Shown piece by piece: positions 1-12,242 of a stretch of 64,000 bases of DNA. The position numbers and the translations under genes are program-made. Under the pieces are notes generated by a model. That model was not told the DNA's origin, made no database searches, and saw nothing but the letters and a program-made list of their open reading frames with translations. The stretch is from positions 1 through 64,000 of the forward strand of contig JALMLS010000460.1 of NCBI GenBank assembly GCA_038496445.1. Direction: 5' to 3'. Position 1 is the stretch's first letter; the number at the start of each line of letters is the position of its first letter. The stretch comes from Trichosphaerium sp. ATCC 40318 (lineage: Eukaryota > Protista > Tubulinea).

Positions 1-1201
1 GTGACCTAAGAAAAAATAAGTTTTCGATAAATTCTTATTCTTGATTATAATCGTAGATTAAAGGTTGTTTAAGGGTACTTACGCCTACTCTTGTACGTAT
101 TTGTTCGTAGCTTTAGATTTAGTTGAGATTTTGTTTCAAAGTAATTCGGAGACTGATAACATGCGCCTACAGGCTCTATGGCTTCCATTTCTTTTGTATG
201 TAATAAACAGAGATGTGTTGTTGTTCTTAGAGGGATGAATGAGTTCTGAAAAAAATGATACGAGATCACACATTTTAAGTACATCTGTCGGAGAAATCTC
301 GATAAAAATAGTAGAATGTAGACGAACGCAAAGCTGACGTTGGTGGTAGCTGTTTTTTAAAAAGTCCGCTTTCCGAAACTACATGACGTCAAAAAAAGCG
401 CGTGACGTTTACAATCGGTAGCTAGCGCAAAGAAAACATCATATATAAACAAATCAATAGCTCCCCGAAAAAACAAGAAGCTACAGAACTATTTGATTTT
501 TTTTGGTGAATCACGTGACAAGTTACCGCTAGTGTTGTGTCCTTTTGGACGGTCTGAGTTTAGACTTAGATTCTATATGATTACTTCATGCGAACTCTAG
601 CAGTTTCTTTTGTATACTACGGAGTTCAAGAGGTGTTGCATCAAATAGATTTTTTGTCAATTGAGTTGGTATTATTTTCGGTTCTTCAATAAACGATCAT
701 TGCTAGTGGTTTAAATGAGCCGATCAAGGTTGCTATTATTTCCCTTCTTAGTTGCCCAATGGGTGGACTTATATCAACGCACTCGAATAGAGGCTAGAAA
801 GTGAAACTCAAATACAGTTCAACTTGTCATATTTCTTCACACAAAAAGCCTTCAGCAATACTAAAATGACATCGGTTTGGAACAACAGCGTTCGCCAATG
901 TTCTATAGTTCGGAAGCTACCAGTGTTTTTTCAATACTTTTGTAGTCGAAACACGTGCCAAACCGTTTACGCGTTAAGCACAATATTTTTTTGTTTAAGC
1001 GCCAAACTAATCGCATCACATTAATACCTACTGTATTCCAATGGCAGAACCAAGGTACGTACTGAAAACCATGTCCAGCGTTGTTGATCATTGAATATGT
1101 AAAAACACTTTAAAACGTTAAAATAGCGTTTATCAATTGCTGTCAACGATACTTATTAATCGTGCACAGTTTTATTTTAAAATAAAGTATATTGCTTTAA
1201 A

Positions 1202-1831
1202 TTGGTTTCAACACCTTTTCTTACGCGCGGTGGTTATGTTTTAACTGTTTATAGCACTTCTTTACTATTGAGCCTCCCACCAGAGATACACTACCTTATT
1301 ACGAACACTGACGACCAAGCACACATCGTTTGGCCAGTTTTATGTAAAAATAACGCACTTACATCCAGATTTAACGACAAATTCGAAAAATCAGGGATTT
1401 TCAGAAAAACCTTCATTGAGGTCCGTTGCGCCACAACGTTCGAGAAAGGAAGAAAAACGGGCGTACATAGACAATGGTATAGAAGTAATGGCAGTTTAGA
1501 GGAGAAGAGCGTTTTTAAAAACGATCTAAGAAACGGAGAGTATGTTTCTTGGTATGAAAATGGTCAAAAGAAAAGAAGTTGTTCGTACTTGAAGGATGAT
1601 ATTGATGGATCATTAAAATTTTGGTATCCATCTGGACAACTTAAAGTAGATGCAGTATTCAAAAAGGGAAAGAAAAATGGGCCATACAAAGCGTGGTATG
1701 AAGACGGTAAGGTAAAGGTTGACGGGTTTTATAAAAATGATAAAAAACATGGAAGATTCAAGTCTTTCACTGCTTCTGGTGATGTAGACAAAGATGCAGT
1801 ATATAATGATGGTGTTATCAACAATGAATAA
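1202..1831 (+). CDS. F-box-like + MORN-variant (YwqK-like) repeat protein
   Basis: N-terminal LLSLPPEIHYLI F-box-like motif, then ~24-aa repeats of the form G.Y..WY.NG..K.....K.GKK.G. True start uncertain; there is a possible splice acceptor at 1253-1254. Confidence 0.7.
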   Translation: MVSTPFLTRGGYVLTVYSTSLLLSLPPEIHYLITNTDDQAHIVWPVLCKNNALTSRFNDKFEKSGIFRKTFIEVRCATTFEKGRKTGVHRQWYRSNGSLEEKSVFKNDLRNGEYVSWYENGQKKRSCSYLKDDIDGSLKFWYPSGQLKVDAVFKKGKKNGPYKAWYEDGKVKVDGFYKNDKKHGRFKSFTASGDVDKDAVYNDGVINNE

Positions 1832-2432
1832 AAACACTTGGTTAATTCAAGAAGTCAGCCGCTATTTTACTTTTCTGTGTAACATGTCTTGGACTCTCAA
1901 GAGCCCGTTGAGTCTCGGGTTATTAGCTGAACAGTTGCAATCAATTTTATGTTAAAATGCCTGTCACTTAATCGCTTATGAACATGGAAAATGGAATGCA
2001 GCCTTTTTTGGCAATACTAAAGTGATATCAATGGATTGATGGGTAGAGAGAAACAAGAATGGTATGACAGTGGTAAAGTACTGGAGCATTCTTATTATGT
2101 TAATGGCTAGTTGCATGGGACTTGCAAGTGTTGGACTATAGGGTGCGCAAGATGAGAATACTGAGCTTGTTAATTGTGTCACCTTAACTAACTGTAATTT
2201 TAAAAGAATAAAATAGGAATGCACGTTCACTTGAACAAAACGAAGTTATTGTCTTCGAGAGTTCAGTGAAATACCAACGTAGTTGTTTCACGGACTCGTA
2301 TTCCAACCGCGACTGCTTCTGGAAGCATCAAGGCTATTGTAGCTATATTTTAAGTTCATAACAGCCTCTTCTAAAACGCTACGGTCCTACAATCAATAGC
2401 GGTTTATTATTAAGCTCAAAATCGACTATACA

Positions 2433-3750
2433 ATGGGAAACATATACGCAAGGCTATTTGGAAACTCACCTGCGCCCAAAAGAATATTTATACAAGGAGT
2501 GTACGATTCAGGCAAGGTACTGCTGTTTTAACGTACATTAAGGCGTTTAGTAGTCTTTTTATCCTTCTTACGTTGTTTTTAAGACGACAATATGGAACAG
2601 CTTAAAGTACGAGCACTTCTGTTGTTTTGATGGAGTTTGGGACATATGACAACGTCCGAGTTAATTTAATAAAGATTTTTTATTTAGATTGGAGAAATTA
2701 AGACCTCAACACCTACTGTTGCGTTTGATATCGAATCCGTTGAATATAATAATGTTGTGATTCAGTCTTGGACGTTTCCGGGTATGTGGCTTATTATTTG
2801 TTGCATTTCTTGTACCAAATGTTTTTAACTATGCTTTGTAGGTAGTAGAACAAATGCACGTGATTTTTTTTTCATTTTCAAAATCTAGAAATAGAACAGA
2901 GAGTTCGGAAAAACGACGAATTACATCGAAGGAATAGTTTTGTTTTAGAGTTGAAAGAGTTTGTATTTTCTAAGATTTTCTCGTTATGACACAAAAAGTT
3001 ATACTTGGGAAGTTGAGCTTACAGGTATTTATACCAAAACAAAATCAAAAAAAAAGAAGTTGATTTTTAGTTACGACCTTTATGGAAGCATTACTTTCAG
3101 ATAGGTACAATAATTAGTACAGATTGTGTAACAATTCATTACTGAGTACTGTTTACAGGCATTTCTGGTTTAGTTTATGTATGTTGATTTAAAAGAAGAA
3201 ATGGAAAGAGGAAACAAGTATTTTCAACCTGAGTTTAAAGATATACCAGTACTTATATTAGCAAACAAGCAAGGTAAGTATTGCGTATATTTTAACTCCA
3301 TATATACAGTTGCTTGGTCATTAATACAAATTGTCTAGACATGCCAAAAGCAATGAGTGGTGATGAGGTACAAAATAGTTTTAATCCTTTCTCTTGTTTA
3401 CAATGTATTACACTACGCTATTGAATGACTTGCTTTGACACCATATGTCATAGTGCTAAATCAAAATACTCTTAGGTTATATCACATGGAGATGCTTTTA
3501 AATCATTCAGCCTTTCGTGTCATTAATTGCTTCTTTTAGATTTCAAAATTTTTAGATGTTGAAAATAATACTTCTGGCAAATGGTTTGTACAAGAGTGTT
3601 GTGCAATTAAAAATGAAGGACTTTATGAGGTATCTGTATAGTAGTACTATAAAAATACCAAATTACTGAAAATAAGCGTAGGGTTTTGATTGGCTGAGCA
3701 AGCAAATGAGTGAACCAACTTGTAATATTGTAAATAGTGATCAAGTTTGA
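2433..3750 (+). pseudogene. ARF/Arl-like small GTPase, multi-exon, degenerate (possible frameshift)
   Basis: Hand-spliced exons give MGNIYARLFG..GVYDSGK, IGEIKTSTPTVAFDIESVEYNNVVIQSWTFPG, PVLILANKQDMPKAMS and WFVQECCAIKNEGLYEGFDWLS, collinear with ARF. Exon 2 (23 nt) appears out of phase, and the G3 WDVGG motif is replaced by WTFPG. Confidence 0.7.
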
Positions 3751-3929
3751 TAGAAGCACAAGCATAATGAAAGTGGTTCATGATTCGCTTTTCTCTAGCA
3801 TATTAACTCTATAGACTAACATGGAAAATAACGATACATATATAAATACTTTGCATAGTATAATTTTACAGTAAGACGATCGTTAATTTACATTTTTTAC
3901 TAAGTATATCTGAATATTCTTTCTTGAGT

Positions 3930-4620
3930 GACAGACTCAGGACAAGGCCCTGATGGATACCTCACCGGTGTCCCAATATTCCAGTTACATGTAGGTACAA
4001 AGTTACGATGCGTTGAATGATCTCTCCAAAAGTCTTTTGGTAGCTCGCTGAACTCATCTACAACACTTTAAAAAAACAGCTCAACGTGACTTTCGAATAC
4101 TAGTACTTACCAGGTAATTTACTCTCAACACCAAATTCTCCTTCATCTGTATGGTCAGTTAATACGCAACCTGATTCCTAGAACTGTGTCACAATAAAAT
4201 AAAATGACTTTAAGAAAAATCTAAGAAATGAAAAAGCGGCTAAGCATGTTAGCAATATGCCTAAGAAAAGAGTAGTACTCCAATTTCATTATCTGGATCA
4301 TAAAATGTAACCGCCAAATACTTATCCTTAGCTCTCCAAGGACTTTGTAGAGTTTTGTGTGAAGATAAAGCACCACAACAAGTCCAACGACCAGAATAAG
4401 CACAAGGATAAATAGTGTCATCATAACAATCACCTGTAAGACCCGATGCAAATACTTCAGCACCATTCTCATCCAAAGGTATTTCAAGAATCCCTGTGTG
4501 ATGAGAACATCTAAGAGTAGGTAAAAACAAAGTAGTATGAAGCAAGTTCTGCGGCTGTGACCTTCAAGAAAAAAGTTCTTTGAAACGGCTTAGCTTCAAC
4601 ATGTATCGTTTTTTCCTCAT
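3930..4620 (-). CDS. Hypothetical multi-exon protein
   Basis: ORF 4261-4545 has a Cys/His-rich stretch (CSHH...WTCCG) and is flanked by plausible GT-AG introns. Boundaries are approximate and no family was recognised. Confidence 0.3.
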
Positions 4621-5335
4621 TTTCACATTGCAAATGTTAAGCTAAAAAACGAAACACTCGGAGATATACGACGATATTGTCTAACTGCACGCGAAATGCT
4701 AAAATAGGCGATAGCGCTTGGCAAATACCATACAAAACCATGTGAAAAGGAGATTGAAGGCTTTTAAACAAAAGAAAAGATCTGTTCAATGTGGGATGCC
4801 AAGGAGGTTTAAATAGTGTACCCGAACGTATGGTGTTTATCATATACCCTTCCGCAACGTTTACATCGTTTTAAATTTTCTTTTCGGTTAAAACGTAGCA
4901 CGAATAGTGTATCGTTTGCTCCGCAAATGAGGCAAGTATTTTTAAGCGTTTCTGTTGGTTCTATATCATCCTCGCGACGTTGTAATGCAAAACTCCTTTC
5001 TTACGTTATTTCATGCGTAAGAGTACACGCGTACGCAGTTTTTGGTCCGAAATGGGTTTGTGGTTTTGATTCGACTGCGTAATCGACCTCTATGGCTGGC
5101 GTAGGCGAAACAGGCATATGCTTACCGCAAATACAAGCATGGCACTTTATGCATTGAGCAAATGGAATACAATCGCTTATAGATGCGTGAGCTAGACCAA
5201 CACCACACATAGAACAATTATCTCTAGGTTCCATCATTATTTAAATATAGTACTACTTGTTCGGTCACAAAGTTGTGGAAACTGTTCATTGAATTGTGCG
5301 TTAACGTCTTGTGTGGGTCTCAATGCTATGACCGG

Positions 5336-5418
5336 TGTTACGACAAGAAGGTGCGTTGATACGAGTTATAGTTAAGTCTAATTTATTATATCTAAGTACA
5401 TGCAAGATTATCGTGACA
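5336..5418 (-). repeat. 3' LTR (83 bp)
   Basis: Direct repeat of 11602-11684 with one mismatch. Ends TGTCACGA...TCGTAACA on the minus strand, contains AATAAA, and is preceded by the purine tract GGAGGGG. Confidence 0.95.
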
Positions 5419-5458
5419 AACCCCTCCAAACTGAACTGGTATGTGGAGTAAGTACGTT

Positions 5459-7700
5459 CTAACATTTTAGTTCAGGTTTAAAAACAGTCTCGAAATCGGA
5501 AACAAGTAAATCTAGGTATTCCAATAATCTCTTGACCGTAGTTATAGTTTTTAATTGTTTTTTGAAATATGCTCGTCTAGAATTTCTAATAACGAATATA
5601 GATTGATCACCGGATATAAGATCTGCCAATGTTCGGTAATAAACTTTAAAAACTTTCTTTGCAACAGGTCCAGCGTCCGCCCTTTGTTTGACTGCGTTGT
5701 ATATATTTAATAAACTGTCCTTAAAAGGCGATTTAGTTTTTTCTGCAATTTCTTTATGGATACGTTGTTCTTCTTTGTATGCCTTTTCAGCCGGCTTTAA
5801 CACAGGAGTAGCTTCGACTATCGGTACTAGACGATCGAATTGTTCATCTAAAGCTTCGTGGTAGTCTTTAATTCTGTCGACATTATAGATGTCAGATATA
5901 ACTTCACCCATAGTATCATCATCGTTTATATACGCTAACCGATAGTTGTGTATCCCTTTAACTTCAGCGATATAATAAGGTCCTGTCCAATTTCTGAATA
6001 ATTTACGTGATTTTCCCCAAGGCACATCTTTCTTCTTGTTGACTCGTAAATAAACCTTTTGATTGATTTTGAACTTAGTTTCCCTGTGTTTAGAATCGTA
6101 TCTTTTCTTTTGTTTCAAATGAGCTTTCCTTCACATGTGAGCAGCAACTTCATGTGTTTTCTTGATTACTTTAGCAACTTCTTTAGCATAGCTGTCTTTG
6201 GAGTAAGTCTTGACACGTCCGAGCGCTTGATCCCAAGTCGTATTTGCGTGACGGCCGTGCATTAAGAAATATGGAGTTTCTTTCAGTTCGGAATGGACGG
6301 AAGTGTTATAAGCGAAGGTACATGGTCGTACGTATTCATCCCAATCTGTTTGTGACTCGTTAATATGCATTTTAATCATATTAACTAGAGTCGAATTGAA
6401 TCGTTCTACCAGTCCATCTGTTTGAGGACGGTAAGCAGTAGTTCTTCTTTGATCTACGTTCAATAACCAAAATAATTCCTTTCAGGGCTGAAACTCAGCT
6501 AGGCATTGCCTTAAAAAATGATGCATATTCCTAACATTTGGCATTAGATGGCAAAATCAAGGCATTTGCATTTGGCAATGCCCAATAAAATAAGGCATTT
6601 TTACAAAAAGGCAATGCCTTCATCAAAAAGGCATTAATACCAGGCATTTTTGGGCATCTTTTGGCATTGCATAAAATCAGGTAATGCCTTGTATTGCATT
6701 TTTTGGCATTGCATAAAATCAAGTAATGCCCTGTATTGCAAGTACTTTATGCCTTTATTATGCCTTATTTTTTTAAGCAATATATGCCTTGTATTTTAAT
6801 TCATATATAAGGCATTGCCTATACTATATCATAGGACTGATCACATTAAGGAAGTGGTTTAAGGTAAGTAACAGTCAAACAACTTTTACACTTTTTTTTT
6901 CACATCACCTACTGACGTTTTATATAGATAGGCACCTAGCGCTCTTAGTAATTCATGAAATTAGACGAAATCACCGCCAAACGAACCGCAGCACTCTATT
7001 TCACCTACAACAGTAGTAGGAGTGAACTCCGCGATATTTCCAGGACCGCGGAATTCTAACACTACAAGGTAAGTTTTTTTTTTTTTTTTTTTTTACACCA
7101 TCTCATATTTTCTTTAAGGTTTTTTCAAATGTGGACTTAGGAGTTTTGTGTATTGTATGTGTACTGTATTATAAAATAAATAGTTGTGTTATTACCTGAA
7201 AATGCCCTGGTTTATTAGGCACTGTAGACTATGATAATGCTTACTTTTTGCCTTCAAAATAAGGCATTGATGCATGAGTTATGCCCTAATTTGAAGGGCA
7301 TAATTTCTAAAAATATGCAGGCAAAACCATTGCAATCTTGTGTACCAGATGCAAGCATTTTTCATCAAATATAAGGCATTTTTGGAGCAAAAAATAAGGC
7401 ATTGCCCTGTATTTGCCTTTTTGAATGAAGCAAAAACTAGGCATTTTTGTAAAAAATAAGGCATTATTTGATGAAAATGCCTAGGCATTGTCCAAAAATG
7501 CCTTGTTGAGTTTCAGCCCTGTTGTAACCTTCTTAAATTCACCACCTTGGTCGGATAAGAATACATTAGGAGCTCCATGTTCAAGAATAAATTCTTCATA
7601 TATAGCCCTCGCTATTGTGGATGCTTCTTTGTTTGGCAAAGGGATTGATTTAGCATATCTAGTGAAGTAGTCCATTACTACTAATATGCAAACATTATCA
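5459..7700 (-). pseudogene. Retrotransposon integrase core and C-terminus, frameshifted and split by a MITE
   Basis: Motifs VMDYFTRY...SDQGGEF / TTAYRPQTDGLVERFNSTL and the GPY/F motif WTGPYYI. Interrupted at 6483-7521, with frameshifts near 7700 and 6125. Confidence 0.9.
6483..7521. mobile_element. Non-autonomous DNA transposon family A (15-bp TIR CAGGGCTGAAACTCA; GGCATT/AATGCC subterminal repeats)
   Basis: Perfect 15-bp TIRs with TT on both flanks. Removing the element plus 2 bp restores the integrase frame (KKVT-KELF). A second copy lies at 41719-42699. Confidence 0.92.
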
Positions 7701-7702
7701 TT

Positions 7703-9181
7703 TCACGTTCTTGGTAATTTCGTTATGAGATCAGCGGCAATAACATCGATTGGACATCTAGATTCGATCGTTCCCATCGGTCCGCCTGACTTCTTTCTTC
7801 TATCTACTTTACCCGTTTGACATTGGTTACAGCTGTCAACAAATTGTTGAACATCTAACCAAATGCCAGGCCACCAATACTTCTCAAGAATTCGGAGATA
7901 AGTATGTTTTCTTCCCAAGTGTCCTGACGTAGGAATACTATGGTTTAGATGAAGAAGATCTAATCTCATAGAAGGAGGAACTATGTATTGTAATCTTTCC
8001 ATATTATCTGACAGCTGCGACTTAGGTGGGATCCACTTTCGACACAATATACCATATTTGTCGAGACAGAGATTCTTCGCGTCCTTGTTGAGTTGTCGTA
8101 TATTCTTATAATATTTAAAGCCTTCTGGATATTGGAGGTATGCTATTAGCTTATTCATTTTATCATCTTTCCTTTGTAAGAAGTGCAAACGTAATAAAGG
8201 TTCTGGAACTGCTTTAAAACTTGATGTCTTTGTTTCGTAAACAGCTGTTCCTCTCGTTTGTACTATTGGAGTGAATATTTCATTCACTTCAAATTCTTCT
8301 TTCGGAGCACTTTCTGGAGTTATAACTGGTGATCTCGATCCAGTGTCAGCATTTGCATTCTTAACTCCAGGTCGGTGCTTGATAGTATAGTTGTATGATG
8401 ATAGAAATATGGACCATTGGATCATCTTACTGTCAGGATTTTGATGACGATAAAACCAAATGAGAGCTTGATGATCTGTCCAAATTGTAAAGTGTTCTGC
8501 AAGCAAATAAGGTCTGAATTTTCTAACTCCGGCTACAACTGCTAGAGCTTCTTGCATAGTTGTAGAGTAGTTTCGTTCTGCCTTGTTAAGAGACCTTGAA
8601 TAGTAGGATATGACATGTTCTTTTCCATCATCATCTCGCTGCGTCAATATGGCACATAATCCTTCATCTGAGGCATCAGTATGTAATTCAAATTCCTTTT
8701 TGAAATTGGGATACGCGAGTACTATTGGTTCTTGTATGAGGCAGGTTTGCAAGTCTTCAAAAGCATCAGTTTGTTCTTTGTTCCAAATCCACTCGACATT
8801 CTTGTGAGTTAAAATTCGAAGTGGATAAGATCGTTTTGCGAGATTTTCAACATAACATCCATAATATTTGACCATTGCCAGAACTCGTTGTAATTGTTTT
8901 AAACAGTTCTTTCCACTAGGAGGAGGCATGTTCACTATAGCTTCAATCTTTGCCAGATCAGGTTTTCTTCCATTACTCGTCACTACATGTCCAAGATAAT
9001 TAAGTTCTTTGAGAAAAAACTTGCATTTCTTTGGTTTTAATTTGACATCGAACTTTTCCAATTGAGTTAAAACTGTATCAAGTCTTTCGATATGCGTCTT
9101 GAAATCTTTTGAGTAAACAATGATGTCATCAATGTATACTAAACAGATTTGCCAGGTAAGGCCCGCCAATACCAAGTTCAT
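7703..9181 (-). pseudogene. Retrotransposon pol: RT C-terminal half, RNase H and integrase HHCC zinc finger
   Basis: Motifs YIDD, LHTDAS, ERNYS, TDHQAL, N.NAD..SR and H..GHLG...C..C. The N-terminal half of RT is absent (internal deletion near 9185). Confidence 0.9.
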
Positions 9182-9184
9182 GTA

Positions 9185-9942
9185 TCAGTTGCTTTATACT
9201 CGTTGATTTGTTCAATAGTTCTTAAACCTCTGACATATAGTTTTGTAGTAGTGGTTTCGAACTTACCAAGTCGTTGACCAGGTTGTATGACCATCTTCTT
9301 GTCCAACATATTGGTGAGTTGCATTATGCACTTGTCATTATTAACAACGGCAATAGTAGGACCAGTAACGAGTTGTTTTTTCCAAAGTGGACCAACAGGT
9401 GTAACAATACCTGCTGTTCTGTTGGGAAGACCTTTGCGAAACTTCATAGCCAATATGACAGTTTCACGTGGGTAGATCTGGACTTGATCGCGTGAATAAA
9501 GAAGTCAAACTTTGCCATCCTTATTATTCTTGTTGATAATCGGAACTGTATCACCTTCATCAAAGACAACTGTTCTTTTTGAATAATTGACATTCATGCA
9601 AAATAAATCTTGTAGGTCACGTCCAATGACCATTGTTTCATCCATCCCAGTCGTTACATAAACCTCAGTTTTTAACGGATCCATATTGCCAAAAGACAAA
9701 GAAACAGAAGTGATTCCATCTAATGAGAAATCTGTAGAGTTCAAGGCAACGGCTTTGGCTGTGGTTGATTGTACAACAGCTTCTGGAATATTATTCAAGA
9801 AAAAAGCATGTATGAGCGATTTCTCACATCCACCATCCAAATACGCGATAACAGGAGCTTGATTCAAATGGGCCAGGATATAAGAGGGAGGATTAGGAGA
9901 GTTAACAACACAATTTGTTTTCGAAAAAGTTTTATTGATCAT
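9185..9942 (-). pseudogene. Retroviral-type aspartic protease plus dUTPase-like linker, frameshifted
   Basis: AYLDGGCEKSLI (a variant of D[ST]G) and the VIGRD motif. The downstream segment QLTN....MVIQPGQRLG resembles the PR-RT linker of gypsy elements. Confidence 0.7.
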
Positions 9943-9944
9943 TG

Positions 9945-10506
9945 TTGTTTCTCCTTTTGGCTCGGGAGATTGGTGAGTATAGACATCGTGTGAGCCATGT
10001 TCGACGTCTGTTACTCGTTTTTTGACTCTTCTGGGAGAGCAACGCTTGTAGCTTTGACTGCTACTGTAGCGCTTGTTGTTTGATTGGTTTTGTCATTGTT
10101 TGGATTCTTCACACATCTTTCTAATGGATGGAATCCCCACTTCTTGTGATACGGACAATAAATTGCGCCTTCTTTAGGAGGTGGGCCATTCGGATCTTTC
10201 CATGATAGAGCTACAGTAGAACCACCAGTTGTAGTCTTAGAAGGAGAGCCAGAATTTTTTGATTTCGGTTTTTGTGGCTTCGGTTTCGGTTTTGGTTTCA
10301 GCTTCGTAACTGTTGAGCTTGACGTTCCAAAAGCTTCGTCTGTAGCTCTAATAGCAGCTTCAATTTGATGAGCACGACGAACACAAGCGTCCCAATCTCG
10401 CCATATATACTTCTCTTTTCTGAGATGTTCTTGTACATTGTGATTGAGACCTTTGATAAATCTATCTATCTTCGTCTGATCATTTCCAAAGTAACCGGTG
10501 TCATAA
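9945..10506 (-). pseudogene. gag C-terminal fragment with a C-x2-H-x5-H-x4-C knuckle
   Basis: An open frame not in the ORF track reads ..KIDRFIKGLNHNVQEHL...YCPYHKKWGFHPLERC. The N-terminus is missing at the MITE junction. Confidence 0.7.
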
Positions 10507-11279
10507 CAGTACTAAAAAAAATTGAGAAAAATCAAGAGATTCATCCCCTAAAATCTCTGAGATTTTGGACCACAAATCTCTGTGAATTTCTTCCTAAAAT
10601 AACCTGAGAATTCTCTAGAAAATCACCAGAGAATTCTCTAGAGATTCTCTCCTTTTTTCTCAACTTTCAAAAAGGTAGGGTTAGGGGTTAGGAGTTTTAG
10701 TAAACGTATTGAGATTTTAAAGTGCAAGTGTAGTTATTTATTATTATTACAATACATGAAGTTACAATTACAAAAAAAACACCAATTAATCTTCTATCAA
10801 AGTTGTTGCTATCGTAAGGCCAAGCGGAATAAAAAAAAGGAATATTCCACCAAAAAATCACTTTAAACGCTAGTACATGTTAATAAAATTAGATGTAAAC
10901 GATAGTACTTTTTTTTGTAAGCGGAGCGCATGAGAGGTCATTTTTTGTTAAATACTACAAAATGACTTTTAAACGTTAAGTTACGTTAGATACGTTTGGG
11001 GACTCAAAATGTAAAGTAGAGATTTTCTCCAAAAATCCCAAAATCTAGTAGAAAATGAGAGTTTCTCCAAAATTCTCAACTTCAAAGAGATTTTCTCCAA
11101 AATTCTCAAAATCAAAAGAGAGTTTTCCACAAATTCTCACCAAATGAGATTTTCAAGAGAATCTCTCTTGAAAATCTCTGGAGGAAAATGAGATTTTTGG
11201 TGGAAATCACTACAAAATCACCAATTTTAGAGATTTTGTGGTGATTCTCTACAAAAATCCCGTTTTCATTTTAGTACTG
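10507..11279. mobile_element. Non-autonomous DNA transposon family B (TIR CAGTACTAAAA; GAGA/TCTC subterminal repeats)
   Basis: 11-bp TIRs and dense GAGATTTT/TTCTC motifs in both arms. It interrupts gag. There is no matching TSD (AA vs TT). Confidence 0.85.
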
Positions 11280-11601
11280 TTACCGTTTGTTTGTACAGAT
11301 TTTAAGGAGATGTACTGCCCCCAGCGCGGTCTTTGACACGCACTGTTTTTGTACAGGTATTATGGAGATGTACTGCCCCTGGAGACGACCCAAGTCAAAG
11401 GTGCCTACCAATTAATTTTGTGTACAGTTTTAAGAGTGTACGCTCTCGGCCTTTATTGGATCTAAGCCTTTGTATTTATCTTTAACAAGACGCCAAGGTT
11501 GATTTACCGCGGTTTCGTCCAAAAGAATAATTTTTGTATCGAGAGTTATTAACACTAACTCGTGCTGGTTCAAATTGTTACCCTGATATGTAGCCAAAAT
11601 A

Positions 11602-11684
11602 TGTTACGACAAGAAGGTGTGTTGATACGAGTTATAGTTAAGTCTAATTTATTATATCTAAGTACATGCAAGATTATCGTGACA
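11602..11684 (-). repeat. 5' LTR (83 bp)
   Basis: Matches 5336-5418 and is followed on the minus strand by TATTT-TGGCTACATATCAGGG, a putative PBS. Confidence 0.95.
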
Positions 11685-12242
11685 ACCGGCAAATATAAAT
11701 TGGGTGTTGCTAGTCACTAGAGATAAAAAAACGGAAACAAGCAACTAAGCGACACTGTTGTTCTTTTGACTGGGCTTGCTCTTGTGACATTGACAAACTG
11801 CAACGAGTATTTCATGGTGATCTGGAATATGCACCTACGGAGCTTAAGTCACTAATTGAAACAAGACAGATGTAATCTGTCTATTCGGAAGGGTTTTGAG
11901 ACGCAGCCTAACGTTACTTGATGTACTTTGTATGCCACATAAAAAAACGTTGTATGAGACAGATACTACATTCATTAAACCACAATTTACATTGTCACTT
12001 TATAATAGCTTGTATAATAGGAAAGGGAGTTTATACTAACCCGAAACAGGCAATAAACCAAAGCTGCAACAGGGCCAACCTGGGGAAAAAAATAAGAAAA
12101 AATTTAGCAAAACAAACAAGTTCAATTTAATAGTAAACCTACGACGGGAAACTCGTGTTAACGTCAATTCAAGCAAAGTCAATGGTAAACACTTCGGAAC
12201 ATCTCACCGCGAGCATTTAGCACCTTGAGAACAAACTCTATC

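Larger units (their letters stand above)
5336..11684 (-). mobile_element. Ty3/Gypsy LTR retrotransposon, defective, with two nested DNA-transposon insertions
   Basis: Two 83-bp TG..CA LTRs, a 5-bp TSD ACCGG (5331-5335 and 11685-11689), a PPT next to the 3' LTR, and the domain order gag-PR-RT-RNaseH-IN. Confidence 0.95.

Noticed and set aside
1202-1831. Bacterial toxin-antitoxin (YwqJK) locus or contaminating prokaryotic/viral contig
   Set aside because: There is no cognate toxin, operon structure or viral core gene, and the flanking genes are intron-rich and eukaryotic.
5001-5237. Cys-rich 78-aa ORF as a zinc finger gene
   Set aside because: It is short, has no homolog in the window, and the Cys spacing was not matched to a known finger.
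6531-7488. Short ORFs within MITE arms (also 14497-14976, 38401-38701, 40492-40879, 41667-42666)
   Set aside because: They are translations of repetitive non-coding transposon sequence and have no transposase motifs.
10674-10700. Telomeric repeat (GGGTTAGGGGTTAGG)
   Set aside because: Only 2-3 imperfect units inside a MITE, so not a telomere or interstitial array.
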